DNA of 42,651 nt. Source: an uncultured Syntrophaceae bacterium. Its GTDB lineage: Bacteria > Desulfobacterota > Syntrophia > Syntrophales > PHBD01. The first letter of the stretch is position 1. Every line of letters starts with the position of its first letter. The DNA lies in contig CAZXMK010000002.1 of assembly GCA_964641935.1 (NCBI GenBank), forward strand, positions 1-42,651. The letters are read 5' to 3'. The position numbers were made by a program, and so were the translations under genes. Shown here piece by piece: positions 29,319-38,565 of the stretch. Below the pieces are notes generated by a model, which was given only the letters and a program-made list of their open reading frames with translations, did no database searches and was not told where the DNA came from.

Positions 29319-31439
29319 TTATAACGCCGGTTTTTCCGGTTCTTCGCTCCCGTCCAGGATGATTGTGGCATCCACGGCACAGAGGCCTTCCCGCGTGACA
29401 AGGAGCGGATTGATATCGATCTCCCGGATCCGCGGAACCGCCAGCCCGAGGTCCCCCAGGGCGATCAGCACCCTGGCCAGATGCTCCCGGTCGACCGGCG
29501 GGGCGCCGCGATAGCCGTCCAGGAGGGACTGTCCCCGGATACGCCCGATGAGCCCGAGTGCCTCGTCCATGCTTAGCGGAGCTACGGCAAAGGCGGTGTC
29601 CCGCAGGACCTCCGTCAGCGTTCCGCCAAGGCCGAACAGGACGCAGGGACCAAACTGGGAATCCCGGACCAGTCCCGCGATCAGTTCCCCTTCTCCCCGC
29701 ACCTGCTGCTGGACCAAGACCTCCCCGATATCCTTCAGGCCGTTCCGGATCTCGCCGTATGCCTCACGGAGTCCCTGTGCATCCCTGATGTTCAGACGCA
29801 CCAGCCCGGCTTCGCTCTTGTGCACCAGGCCGGGCTGCAGGCCTTTGAGCACCACGGGATAGCCGATCCGCTCCGCTTCTTTCAGGCAAGCCTCTTCGCT
29901 TGCAACCCGCGTCTCTTCCACGGTTGGAATCCCCCGGGAGCGGAGAATGCGCTTGGACACCTCCTCATCCAGGGCTCCCCGGACGTCCCGAATCAGGTTC
30001 TCGATGTCCGGTGCGATCCGTCCCGGTAACGGCAGCGGATGCTTCGGCGATATCACGTCTCCGGCGGGCCGCCTCCTCAGGACGGCCTCAAGGCATTCCA
30101 CGGCGCGATACAGTTCCTGAAACGCCAGCACGCCCAGGGAGCGGGCCTGCTGCTGGAACTCGGAGACATTGTCGCGCGTTCCCAGGAGCCACAGAAAGAC
30201 AGGCTTCCCCGCCTTCCGCGACTGGGCGGCCAAGTCTTTCAGGTCCATGGTGATGCGGAAATTGCCGACAAACGCCAGGAGCAGGACGCCATCCACACCC
30301 GGATCCGCCAGGATGGACCGCAGGGCCGTGCCGTATACATCTACGCCCGTCCCCATGTTCTTTTCCATGGCGGGCCAGACGTCCACCGGATTGGCAACGG
30401 GCATCCAGGAAGGGAAAAGCTCCTGCACGGCGGCGGTGGTCTCTTCGGACAGGTCGGCCACGTCCAGCCCCACGTCCTCGAAGAAATCAGCCGCCATGAT
30501 CCCCGCCCCGCCGCTGAAGGTAAGAACGGCGATCCTCCCCTTCCCGGAAACCGCCGACGGAGCGGCGGCCAGGGACCGGCAGAGATCCATCCACTGCTTG
30601 AAGTCCCTTGCCTCGGTAACCCCGGCCTGGGCCAGGGCACCGGAGATGACGGCATGGTTTCCCGCCAGGGATGCGGTATGGCTCATGGCGGCCTTCGCGC
30701 CCCGGCTGCTCCTCCCGCCCTTCAGCACGACGACCGGCTTGGGACATGAGCGGCAAAGCTCCAGGAACCGGCGGCCGTCCCGGAAGGATTCCAGGTACAG
30801 GCCGATCACCCTCGTGTCCGGATCGCCGGCCAGGTATTCCAGCAGGTCGTTTTCGTCCACATCGGCCTTGTTTCCGATGGAGCATGCCTTGCTGATGCCC
30901 ATCACCCCGTGGGTCATGAGGTCCACCAGGAATCCCGCCGAGAGGAGGCCGCTCTGGACGACCAGGGACACGTCTCCCGGGATCAGGCCCCGGAGGAGGG
31001 CATTGGGATCCATGAAGGAAAAGACATGGCTGCGGACGGCGTCGACAAGTCCCATGCAGTTGGGCCCCCAGATCCGGATCCCCAGTTCCTTTCCCCTGGC
31101 AGCCATCCGGTCCTGCAGTTTCCGTCCTTCCGGGCCCGTCTCCGCGAACCCCCCGGACTCGACGATCACACCCCGGATCCCCTTGCCGGTGCACTCGTCC
31201 AGGGCCGCGAGAACCTGCGGGGCCGGGACGAACAGGATCGCCAGGTCCACGGAATCGGGCACCTCCCGAAGGGAAGGGACGCAGGGGATCCCCTCGATTT
31301 CTCTATACTTGGGATTGACGGGGCAGATGACTCCCCGATAACCCGTAATCAGGTTCTTCAGGATGGCGTTTCCTCCCTTGGAGGGGTTCGGGGTGGCACC
31401 AACAACGGCAATTCCCCGGGGTTCAAAAAAAAATTTCAT
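29319..31439 (-). CDS. ADP-forming acyl-CoA (acetyl-CoA) synthetase, fused alpha/beta domains
   Basis: N-terminal CoA-binding FFEPRGIAVVGATPNPSKGGNAILKNL, a succinyl-CoA-synthetase-like flavodoxin/ligase region, and a C-terminal ATP-grasp domain (GYPVVLKGLQPGLVHKSEAGLV). ATG at 31439. Confidence 0.85.
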   Translation of the reverse strand: MKFFFEPRGIAVVGATPNPSKGGNAILKNLITGYRGVICPVNPKYREIEGIPCVPSLREVPDSVDLAILFVPAPQVLAALDECTGKGIRGVIVESGGFAETGPEGRKLQDRMAARGKELGIRIWGPNCMGLVDAVRSHVFSFMDPNALLRGLIPGDVSLVVQSGLLSAGFLVDLMTHGVMGISKACSIGNKADVDENDLLEYLAGDPDTRVIGLYLESFRDGRRFLELCRSCPKPVVVLKGGRSSRGAKAAMSHTASLAGNHAVISGALAQAGVTEARDFKQWMDLCRSLAAAPSAVSGKGRIAVLTFSGGAGIMAADFFEDVGLDVADLSEETTAAVQELFPSWMPVANPVDVWPAMEKNMGTGVDVYGTALRSILADPGVDGVLLLAFVGNFRITMDLKDLAAQSRKAGKPVFLWLLGTRDNVSEFQQQARSLGVLAFQELYRAVECLEAVLRRRPAGDVISPKHPLPLPGRIAPDIENLIRDVRGALDEEVSKRILRSRGIPTVEETRVASEEACLKEAERIGYPVVLKGLQPGLVHKSEAGLVRLNIRDAQGLREAYGEIRNGLKDIGEVLVQQQVRGEGELIAGLVRDSQFGPCVLFGLGGTLTEVLRDTAFAVAPLSMDEALGLIGRIRGQSLLDGYRGAPPVDREHLARVLIALGDLGLAVPRIREIDINPLLVTREGLCAVDATIILDGSEEPEKPAL

Positions 31440-31572
31440 ACGATTCCTCCCGATGAATGATGAAACGACATGTATCCGTATTACAAAACGGGGTTGAATG
31501 GAAGTCCGCAAAAGGATGGATCATCGCAGGCTTCGATTGGACAGCCGGAGGTTTCCTGTGCTATGAAACTAC

Positions 31573-31593
31573 GAAATTGCGTTCTGCAATTTC
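31573..31593. promoter_or_regulatory. Perfect 8-5-8 palindrome GAAATTGC-GTTCT-GCAATTTC (candidate operator)
   Basis: Read directly in the 330-bp divergent spacer between the acyl-CoA synthetase and the CoA-transferase. Confidence 0.4.
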
Positions 31594-31769
31594 TTCTTTC
31601 GAGAGTTGTCCAGGAACAACAAGTCCGCCGGATTCAAGCACAATCGGGAAGGAGGTGAAGAAGCCAGAGACCTTGCATGGAGCCATGCCGACCGACACAA
31701 GGGGGAAACGTCCAGTCAATCAATGTCGACCAATCCAGGCAATATCGGAATGGATAAAGGAGGGATCGC

Positions 31770-33101
31770 ATGAGCTGGAAGGATGTCTACAACAGCAGGC
31801 TGATGTCGGCACAGGAAGCGGCTAAGATCGTTCAATCAGGCGACCGTTTTTGGAACCCTTTGCTTCTGGGACAGCCGTCCATGCTGATCATGGACGCCAT
31901 CGCAGACCGCAAGGACGAACTCAAGGATGTGGAGTACTGTTTCGCCCTCGTCCTCCGACCTTACAAACTCTTCAAGCCGGAATACCGGGATGCCTTCAAG
32001 CTGGTCTGCGGATTCTACAGCACACCGCATCTCCAGGAGCTTGCCAAGACGGAGTGGTCCAACTTCTGGCCCGCCCAGAGCTCGGATATCTCCATCAAGA
32101 ACATGCACCGCCAGCGGACCTATCCCCGCCGCGGAGGCATCGTCATGCAGGTCACGCCCCCGGACGAGCACGGCTACGTGAACCTCGGGCTGGATACGTT
32201 CTACACTGAGCAGATCATGGATCAGTCCGACTGGATCATCGCCGAGGTGAACGAGAACATGCCCCGGACCTACGGACAGACAAACTTCCACGTCTCCCGC
32301 TTCACAGCCTTCGTTGAAAATCCCAATCCGGTCATTGCCGTCCCCACTCCGCCGCCCTCGGATGTGGAAATCAAGATGGCGGAAAACGTCGTGAAGCTCC
32401 TTCGGGACCGGGACTGCATCCAGGTGGGAATTGGCGCCGTTCCGGCCATGATCAGCAAGCTCCTGGAGCACTCGGGACTCAAGGACATGGGGATCCACAC
32501 GGAGATGGCGCCGGCCGGTACCCACCGGCTCGTGGAGAAGGGCGTCGTCACCTGCAAGTACAAGAAAGTGAACAACGGCAAGATCATCCTGGCCTTCACC
32601 ATGGGGGACAAGGAACTCTACGACTTCCTGGCCAACAACCCCATGGTGGAATACCGCCCGACCATCTACGCGAACTACATCCCGATCCTCGCCCAGGAGG
32701 AGAACGTGGTAGCCATCAACGGCTCCATCGAGGTGGACCTGACAGGACAGATCGTCTCCGAGTCCGTCGGGAACCTCATGCGGACGGGAACGGGAGGTCA
32801 GCTGGATTTCGTCATCGGCGCCTTCTGGTCGAAGGGCGGCAGGGCCATCAACCTGGTCCCGTCGACGACCCTGAACGACACGGTATCCAGAATCGTCCCC
32901 TACATTTCATGGGGTTCCAGGGTCACGGTGCCCCGTCATTACGCGGGTTACGTCGTCACGGAATACGGGGCGGCGGATCTCTACGGCCGGACGGAGCCGG
33001 AGCGGGCGGAGGAACTGATCAAAATCGCCCATCCGAAATTCCGGGAGGAACTGGAAAAGGCCGGCCGGGAACGGGGCCTGATCAAGAAGAAAACCTTCTG
33101 A
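31770..33101 (+). CDS. Acetyl-CoA hydrolase/transferase family protein (4-hydroxybutyrate / butyryl-CoA:acetate CoA-transferase-like)
   Basis: 443 aa with the family GTGGQLDF motif and SESVG (catalytic Glu region). AAAGGAGGGA RBS. Confidence 0.85.
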   Translation: MSWKDVYNSRLMSAQEAAKIVQSGDRFWNPLLLGQPSMLIMDAIADRKDELKDVEYCFALVLRPYKLFKPEYRDAFKLVCGFYSTPHLQELAKTEWSNFWPAQSSDISIKNMHRQRTYPRRGGIVMQVTPPDEHGYVNLGLDTFYTEQIMDQSDWIIAEVNENMPRTYGQTNFHVSRFTAFVENPNPVIAVPTPPPSDVEIKMAENVVKLLRDRDCIQVGIGAVPAMISKLLEHSGLKDMGIHTEMAPAGTHRLVEKGVVTCKYKKVNNGKIILAFTMGDKELYDFLANNPMVEYRPTIYANYIPILAQEENVVAINGSIEVDLTGQIVSESVGNLMRTGTGGQLDFVIGAFWSKGGRAINLVPSTTLNDTVSRIVPYISWGSRVTVPRHYAGYVVTEYGAADLYGRTEPERAEELIKIAHPKFREELEKAGRERGLIKKKTF

Positions 33102-33153
33102 GGCGGCACGGCGAATCAACCTGCATGCCGGCAGGAAAGCAGCGGGGGAATAC

Positions 33154-33188
33154 ACGGGGGCGGCCGATACGGCTCCCCCGTTTTTTTA
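33154..33188 (+). terminator. Intrinsic terminator after the CoA-transferase gene
   Basis: ACGGGGG...CCCCCGT stem followed by a T7 run. Confidence 0.7.
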
Positions 33189-33191
33189 CGG

Positions 33192-34493
33192 TCATTGAGC
33201 GAAACCTGGCAGCCACAGGGCGATGGCTGGAAAGAGGATCAGCAGAAGCGCCATGACCAGTTGCGCCAGGAGGAGTTTCACGGCCCCGCTGAAGATGACC
33301 TGGAGCGGCACATCCTTGGCCACACCGGCCACGACGTAAACGTTGATGCCGACCGGCGGCGTGATGACGCCCATGCCGGTAACCAGAACAATGACGACGC
33401 CGAACCAGATCGGATCGTAACCCAGGGTGGTAACCACGGGAAAGAAGATCGGGATCGTGAGCATGATCATGGCCAGGGAGTCCATCAGGCACCCCAGCAG
33501 GAGGTACGTCAGGATGATGATGCCGATGATCAGGGGCGGCGGAAGAGCCAGCCCCGCCACCCAGCCGCCCACCTCGGAAGGGATGGTCGTCACGGCCAGG
33601 AAATGGCCGAAGACCGTGGCCCCCGCCACGATGACCATGATCATGCAGGAGATCCTCGCCGTCTCCTGGAGGGACAGGACGAATTTCCGCCAGGTGATGT
33701 TTCTCCCCGCCACGGCGATGAGGATCGTGCCCAGGGAGCCGATGCCGGCTGCTTCCGTGGGTGTGAAGATGCCGATGAACAGCCCCCCCATGACCATGAC
33801 AAACAGGGCCAGCGTTTCGATCACGCCAGCCAGCGAGGAGATCTTCTCTCGCCAGGGAGCCCGGACGTCTTTCTGGCAGAGATCCGGACGGAGTGCAGTC
33901 CAGATCACGACAACGAGAACAAATAAAACTGCAAGCAGGATACCCGGGAGGACGCCCGCCAGGAAAAGCTTCCCGATGGACTGTTCCGTCATGATCCCGT
34001 AGACGATGAAGATCGTGCTGGGCGGGATCAGGATGCCGAGGCTCCCTCCCGCCGCAACCACGCCCGTTGCCAGGGCCGGGTCGTAGCCCCGCTTTTTCAT
34101 CTCCGGCAGCGCCACGGACGACATGGTGGCCGCCGTGGCGCTCGTGGAGCCGCAAATGGCCGAAAAGGCGGCACAGGCGCCGATGGTGGCAATCGCCAGG
34201 CCGCCCCGCAGATGTCCGAAGAACTTGTGGGCGGAGTTGAACAGGCGCCCGCTGATCCCCGAGTGGAAGGCAACCTGACCCATGAGCACGAACAGCGGAA
34301 TGACCGTGAGGTTGTAGGAGCTGAAGACGGAAAAGACATCCCGGGCCATGAGATTCAGGGCCGCATCCCAGGACACGAGGGCCCCGAAGCCGAGGAATCC
34401 CACGATCGCCATCGTGAAACCGACGGGGATCCGCAGGAACATCAGCAGGATAAGCAAAACGAAACCTGCAATTCCGGTGGTGATGGGTGTCAC
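33192..34493 (-). CDS. TRAP transporter large permease (DctM family)
   Basis: 433 aa, about 12 TM segments, typical DctM composition. GTGA overlap with the small permease gene. Confidence 0.9.
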   Translation of the reverse strand: MTPITTGIAGFVLLILLMFLRIPVGFTMAIVGFLGFGALVSWDAALNLMARDVFSVFSSYNLTVIPLFVLMGQVAFHSGISGRLFNSAHKFFGHLRGGLAIATIGACAAFSAICGSTSATAATMSSVALPEMKKRGYDPALATGVVAAGGSLGILIPPSTIFIVYGIMTEQSIGKLFLAGVLPGILLAVLFVLVVVIWTALRPDLCQKDVRAPWREKISSLAGVIETLALFVMVMGGLFIGIFTPTEAAGIGSLGTILIAVAGRNITWRKFVLSLQETARISCMIMVIVAGATVFGHFLAVTTIPSEVGGWVAGLALPPPLIIGIIILTYLLLGCLMDSLAMIMLTIPIFFPVVTTLGYDPIWFGVVIVLVTGMGVITPPVGINVYVVAGVAKDVPLQVIFSGAVKLLLAQLVMALLLILFPAIALWLPGFAQ

Positions 34494-34972
34494 GACAGCA
34501 CGACCCTCCTGACAAAACGAACCAGGTCAACGATCAAAACGCAGCAGAGGAGAGCGCAGCCGATGGCGATCCCACAGGCAAACGGGGAAATCGGCATGGC
34601 CAGGGTCAGCGACACCTCGCCGCTGGCCTGCAGGTCCCGGGCGTAGACGGCGCTCTGCCAGGCCAGGATACCGAACAGGACGGCGCCGGTCGCGGCCTCC
34701 AGGCCGTCGACGTACAACTGCCAGCGGACCGGCAGCCTGGAGGTCATAAACTCCACGGCAATATGTCCCCGCTCGACGGACGTCTGACCCAGCGCGAAAG
34801 CCGCGACGATCGTTCCCAGGAAACCCACGATTTCATACGTCCCGGGGATGGGGTACCGGACCAGTCGCAGGATCACGTCCGCGCAGGTCAGGAGCATCAT
34901 GGCCACGATGCCCGCGCAGGCAATGCCGTTGGCAAACCCGATCGTATTCAGGTATCTCCTTTTCCAGGGCAT
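34490..34972 (-). CDS. TRAP transporter small permease (DctQ family)
   Basis: 160 aa, 4 TM segments, located between DctP and DctM. Confidence 0.8.
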   Translation of the reverse strand: MPWKRRYLNTIGFANGIACAGIVAMMLLTCADVILRLVRYPIPGTYEIVGFLGTIVAAFALGQTSVERGHIAVEFMTSRLPVRWQLYVDGLEAATGAVLFGILAWQSAVYARDLQASGEVSLTLAMPISPFACGIAIGCALLCCVLIVDLVRFVRRVVLS

Positions 34973-35008
34973 GGCGCTCTCCTCTGCGGCATGTCTCCGG
35001 GCGGTCCG

Positions 35009-36037
35009 CTACTTCTTGCCGGCCGGACGCCCCGCCTTCCTGATCAGGAGCTCGGCGTCCTGGACCACCGTTTTCCCGGACACGCCGCTCGCCTTGACGG
35101 TTTTTACATATTCGTCGATGACGGGATCGACGGCCTTCCTCCAGCGAAGGCTCTCGGCCTTCGAAAGCGGGAGGATTTTGTTTCCAAGCTTGAGGCTGTA
35201 CGTCCTTCCCTCGGCATCGAGGTCATCCCAGGCCTTGCCGTGCACGTCGATCCATTCGGCGCTCACGTCCTCGATGGCCTTCCGGACATTCGGAGGCAGC
35301 GAGTTCCACTTCTTGAGGTTCATGACCACGAACATCGCCGTGGTATAGCCGATATCACGGCATTCCGTCGTATTTTTGATCACCTCCGCCTGCTTCCATC
35401 CCTTGAGGACTTCAATGGGACCGATCGTCCCTTCCACAACCCCCTTCTGCAGGGATTCATAGGTCGACCCCTGGGGCATGGCCACCGGAACGGCTCCCAG
35501 GGCGCTGATGACCTTCGCGCTGAGACCCGTCGAACGGATCTTCATGCCCCTCAGGTCCTCCAGCGTCCGTACCGGTTTCACCGTATGCAGGAGTCCCGGC
35601 CCGTGGGCGTGCAGGTAGAGAACCTTCACCTGATTCAGTTCCCGGGGTTTCAGCTTTTGATAGAACTCGTTGGCCACCCTGGTCGCGGTCCGGCCGTTCG
35701 GGTACCCGAGGGGAAGATCCAGGGCCTCCATGACGGGGAAACGGCCGCGGGTATATGCGAACGCGGACATGCACATGTCGGAGATTCCCTTGACGACGCC
35801 GTCATAGCACTGATCGGCCTGGGTAAGGGATCCTCCGGCGAAGATCTGGATCTTCACCTGCCCCTGGGTACGCTTTTCCACTTCCTTGGCCCACGTGTCG
35901 GCAGCCTTCTTCTGGCCGTGATTCGGCGGGAAAAAGATGCTGTAGGTCAACTGGGTCGGTCCCGCCCAGGCGGCGGTCAGGCCGGAGAACGCCCCCAGCA
36001 AGAGGACTGCCAATGCGATCCGTATGATTCTTTTCAT
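35009..36037 (-). CDS. TRAP transporter substrate-binding protein (DctP family)
   Basis: Signal peptide MKRIIRIALAVLLLGAFSGLTAAWA, 342 aa, first gene of the P-Q-M order. GGAGGGAG RBS. Confidence 0.9.
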   Translation of the reverse strand: MKRIIRIALAVLLLGAFSGLTAAWAGPTQLTYSIFFPPNHGQKKAADTWAKEVEKRTQGQVKIQIFAGGSLTQADQCYDGVVKGISDMCMSAFAYTRGRFPVMEALDLPLGYPNGRTATRVANEFYQKLKPRELNQVKVLYLHAHGPGLLHTVKPVRTLEDLRGMKIRSTGLSAKVISALGAVPVAMPQGSTYESLQKGVVEGTIGPIEVLKGWKQAEVIKNTTECRDIGYTTAMFVVMNLKKWNSLPPNVRKAIEDVSAEWIDVHGKAWDDLDAEGRTYSLKLGNKILPLSKAESLRWRKAVDPVIDEYVKTVKASGVSGKTVVQDAELLIRKAGRPAGKK

Positions 36038-36472
36038 GATTTCTCTCCCTCCTGGTGATGAAGAATGGTCGTCATGTCAGTCGGCCCGCATGGTTCCCGA
36101 ATTCCGGAGATCCATGCCACCGCTGCCGGCTCCGCTCACGGAAGGCCTGCCTGTTCGCTCGAAAGACGCACAGGCAGGCCGCCGGTAGGCGTAACACGTG
36201 GAGCAGAAATAATATCGGGCCTGGATGCTGTAAAACATCATGAAACCGCAATTTCCCGCTTCCGGTTATGAATTTGTTGGATGAAAGGGACGGACGATAA
36301 AGCTGGGAGAAGCCTGCTTTCCCACCGGACAGCGGCAGGAAGCAGGCATCAATACATATAAGGCTGGACGAGAAGGGTTTTCATGGATGCTCGGAATGTG
36401 TCGTCCGAAATCACGTCTGGTTCCTCAAAACAAAAAATAGGTTTTCACTCCTATGGGATCGGTCATTGCCTG

Positions 36473-36796
36473 TCAAGCATTATTATCCGTCCGGGATTGA
36501 TTCTGCTGGCTTACCTCGCGGCGCAGCCGCTCCACCTCTTCCCGGTACTGCTCGGCCCTGGCCTTGGCGAGTTCGATCTCTTCCCGGGCCTTGTCCAGCT
36601 TTTCTTCGTTCTTGTGGCGATCCTCCCGGATCTTGTCCTGAATGTCGTCGAATCCGACATACATGGCAAGAATTCCGCCCATGATCAGAACAACGGGCAG
36701 CCCGCCCTGGACAATGACGAGAAACTGGTGCCCCCAGAACATGATCCCGATGAGACCGAAGACCGTGGCAACGGCGCCGCCAATGAGAAGAGTCAT
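36473..36796 (-). CDS. Hypothetical small membrane protein with charged coiled-coil tail (107 aa)
   Basis: Two predicted TM helices (LLIGGAVATVFGLIGIMFW, LPVVLIMGGILAMYVGF), then a KE/R-rich helix (KLDKAREEIELAKARAEQYREEVERLRREV). GGGAGGTG RBS (revcomp of CACCTCCC at 36803-36810). I recognise no family. Confidence 0.6.
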   Translation of the reverse strand: MTLLIGGAVATVFGLIGIMFWGHQFLVIVQGGLPVVLIMGGILAMYVGFDDIQDKIREDRHKNEEKLDKAREEIELAKARAEQYREEVERLRREVSQQNQSRTDNNA

Positions 36797-37024
36797 TCCC
36801 GTTCACCTCCCGCAACGGACCCTGTTTGCACCAGGTTTTTTCTTTTTTGCCGCGCATTGACTCGAAACCGTCAATATCATAGAGAAGTGATGCAGGCAAG
36901 ACGAAACGAGCCGCCGGGAGGCTTCCCGACGTGCCATTTTCGATACCTATCGACCCGAAATAACAGTATAATTTCTCGACCTTATTTTCGTTGACATTCG
37001 CCGGTGGCCATGATAGGGGGCGCG

Positions 37025-37318
37025 ATGAAATGGGACAAATCAGACAGGCAGTCCCTGATCCAGTTGGCCTACGCAAGCACCATCGGAATCGCGATGGTAT
37101 TGACCATTTTCGGTGGGCTCTATTTCGGAGCCTGGCTGGACCGGAAACTGGGAACGGATAATCATTACTTCATGTTCCTGTTTCTGGCGGTCGGCGTGAT
37201 CGTCGGATTCCGGAACATTTACCTGATGATCCAGAGAAGTGCGACGGATGAGGAACCCGTCATCCGATACATAAAAAGTGAACCGCATCGAAAAAGACCC
37301 CCTCCAGGCAAGACTTGA
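37025..37318 (+). CDS. AtpZ/AtpI-family small membrane protein preceding the Fo genes (start alternatives GTG 37004, ATG 37010)
   Basis: Two TM helices (IGIAMVLTIFGGLYFGAWLD, FMFLFLAVGVIVGF), resembling the putative F0F1-ATPase subunit family found before atpI/atpB. Confidence 0.65.
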   Translation: MKWDKSDRQSLIQLAYASTIGIAMVLTIFGGLYFGAWLDRKLGTDNHYFMFLFLAVGVIVGFRNIYLMIQRSATDEEPVIRYIKSEPHRKRPPPGKT

Positions 37319-37673
37319 AATCACGAACTGGCTCGTGCTGGCGGTTTGTCTGATCATCAGCGTTTTGCTGATGTCCGCGTCGTTCACCTATGGAATCCTT
37401 CTGGGCGGCTTCATCAGCATTGTCAATTTCCACTGGCTCGACCGGGACCTGCGCAAGATATTCTCCAACCTCTCCGGGAAAGCCAAGTCCGCCCTGCTGC
37501 TGAAATACTATCTGCGCCTCGCCGTAACGGCCGTGGTGCTTTACATCCTGATCAGCCAGTCCCTTGTGGATATCATCGGCCTGCTTGTCGGTCTTTCCGT
37601 GGTGGTCATGAACATCGTGCTGACGGCGGTTCTGGTATTCTCAAAAAAAAATTGCGTTGAGGAGGTTTTATAA
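37278..37673 (+). CDS. atpI: ATP synthase protein I (AtpI-like)
   Basis: 131 aa with four hydrophobic segments, immediately before atpB. GTG start overlaps the previous ORF by 41 nt. Confidence 0.7.
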   Translation: MNRIEKDPLQARLEITNWLVLAVCLIISVLLMSASFTYGILLGGFISIVNFHWLDRDLRKIFSNLSGKAKSALLLKYYLRLAVTAVVLYILISQSLVDIIGLLVGLSVVVMNIVLTAVLVFSKKNCVEEVL

Positions 37674-37676
37674 AAC

Positions 37677-38333
37677 ATGCACGGCGAATTTCTGTTTGTT
37701 CACATTCCCGGCGTTGCCGACCACGTCACGCATACGTGGCTGATTATGGCGCTTCTGGCTCTCTGCGGTTTTCTGGCCACCCGTGGATTGTCGGTTTATC
37801 CGGGGCGTTTCCAGAACGTCATGGAGGTCGTCGTGGGAGCCCTCAACTCACTGCTCGTCGATACCATGGGGGAACAGGGCAAGAGGTTCTTCCCGCTGAT
37901 CGCGACGCTGGGACTCTTCATCCTGGTTTCCAACCTCATCGGTCTTGTCCCCGGATTCGTTTCTCCAACATCGAGCCTGAACATGACCATCGCCATGGCA
38001 CTCATCGTATTCGTCCTGACTCACGTGGTGGGCGTCCAGGTTCAGGGCCTCAAATACTTCAAGCAGTTCCTCGGACCGGTCTGGTGGCTCATCCCCCTGA
38101 TGCTGCCCATCGAAATCATCAGCCACATATCCCGTCCCCTGTCCTTGTCAGTGCGGCTCTTCGGTAACATTGAAGGCGGGCACATCGTGATCATCGTCCT
38201 GTTGATCCTCGTTCCGCTCCTGATCCCGCTGCCCATCTACATCCTGAAGGTTCTGATCTCCTTTATCCAGACCCTCGTATTCATGCTTCTCTCCATGATG
38301 TACATTGCAGGGGCCATGGAAGAGCATCACTGA
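37677..38333 (+). CDS. atpB: F-type ATP synthase Fo subunit a
   Basis: [16 protein letters not shown] with the essential Arg, [13 protein letters not shown], and the C-terminal [14 protein letters not shown]. Confidence 0.95.
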   Translation: MHGEFLFVHIPGVADHVTHTWLIMALLALCGFLATRGLSVYPGRFQNVMEVVVGALNSLLVDTMGEQGKRFFPLIATLGLFILVSNLIGLVPGFVSPTSSLNMTIAMALIVFVLTHVVGVQVQGLKYFKQFLGPVWWLIPLMLPIEIISHISRPLSLSVRLFGNIEGGHIVIIVLLILVPLLIPLPIYILKVLISFIQTLVFMLLSMMYIAGAMEEHH

Positions 38334-38353
38334 TCCGTAAGGAATCAACGCAA

Positions 38354-38387
38354 CAAAAAAAGCGCCTCACATTGAGGCGCTTTTTTT
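38354..38387. terminator. Bidirectional intrinsic terminator immediately after atpB
   Basis: A7 run, GCGCCTCA-CAT-TGAGGCGC (38362-38380), then a T7 run. Confidence 0.85.
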
Positions 38388-38565
38388 ATTTCTTTCTGCA
38401 GTCCCGGGGAAACCTTCCTATCCCGGGATCTCTTCCCGTTCCATCGACCTTGTGGAGGCAATCTAAACCCCATCGGGCATTGCCACTACAAAAACGAAAG
38501 ATTCTTGACACTACCGCTTTGGGAACCACCTTCCCGAACCGGTACGAATTCTCCCCTCGAAACTG

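Noticed and set aside
36181-36195. ops-like string GCCGGTAGGCGT, compared with the RfaH ops GGCGGTAGnnTG.
   Set aside because: It has several mismatches. It lies on the plus strand in a spacer whose flanking genes are both minus-strand, and far from the NusG paralogue.
36383-36994. 203-aa plus-strand ORF and 197-aa alternative minus-frame ORF (36483..37076) overlapping the small membrane protein gene.
   Set aside because: They have no RBS, a shadow-like composition and run through the promoter spacer. The 107-aa minus-strand ORF has the RBS and a coherent TM/coiled-coil architecture.
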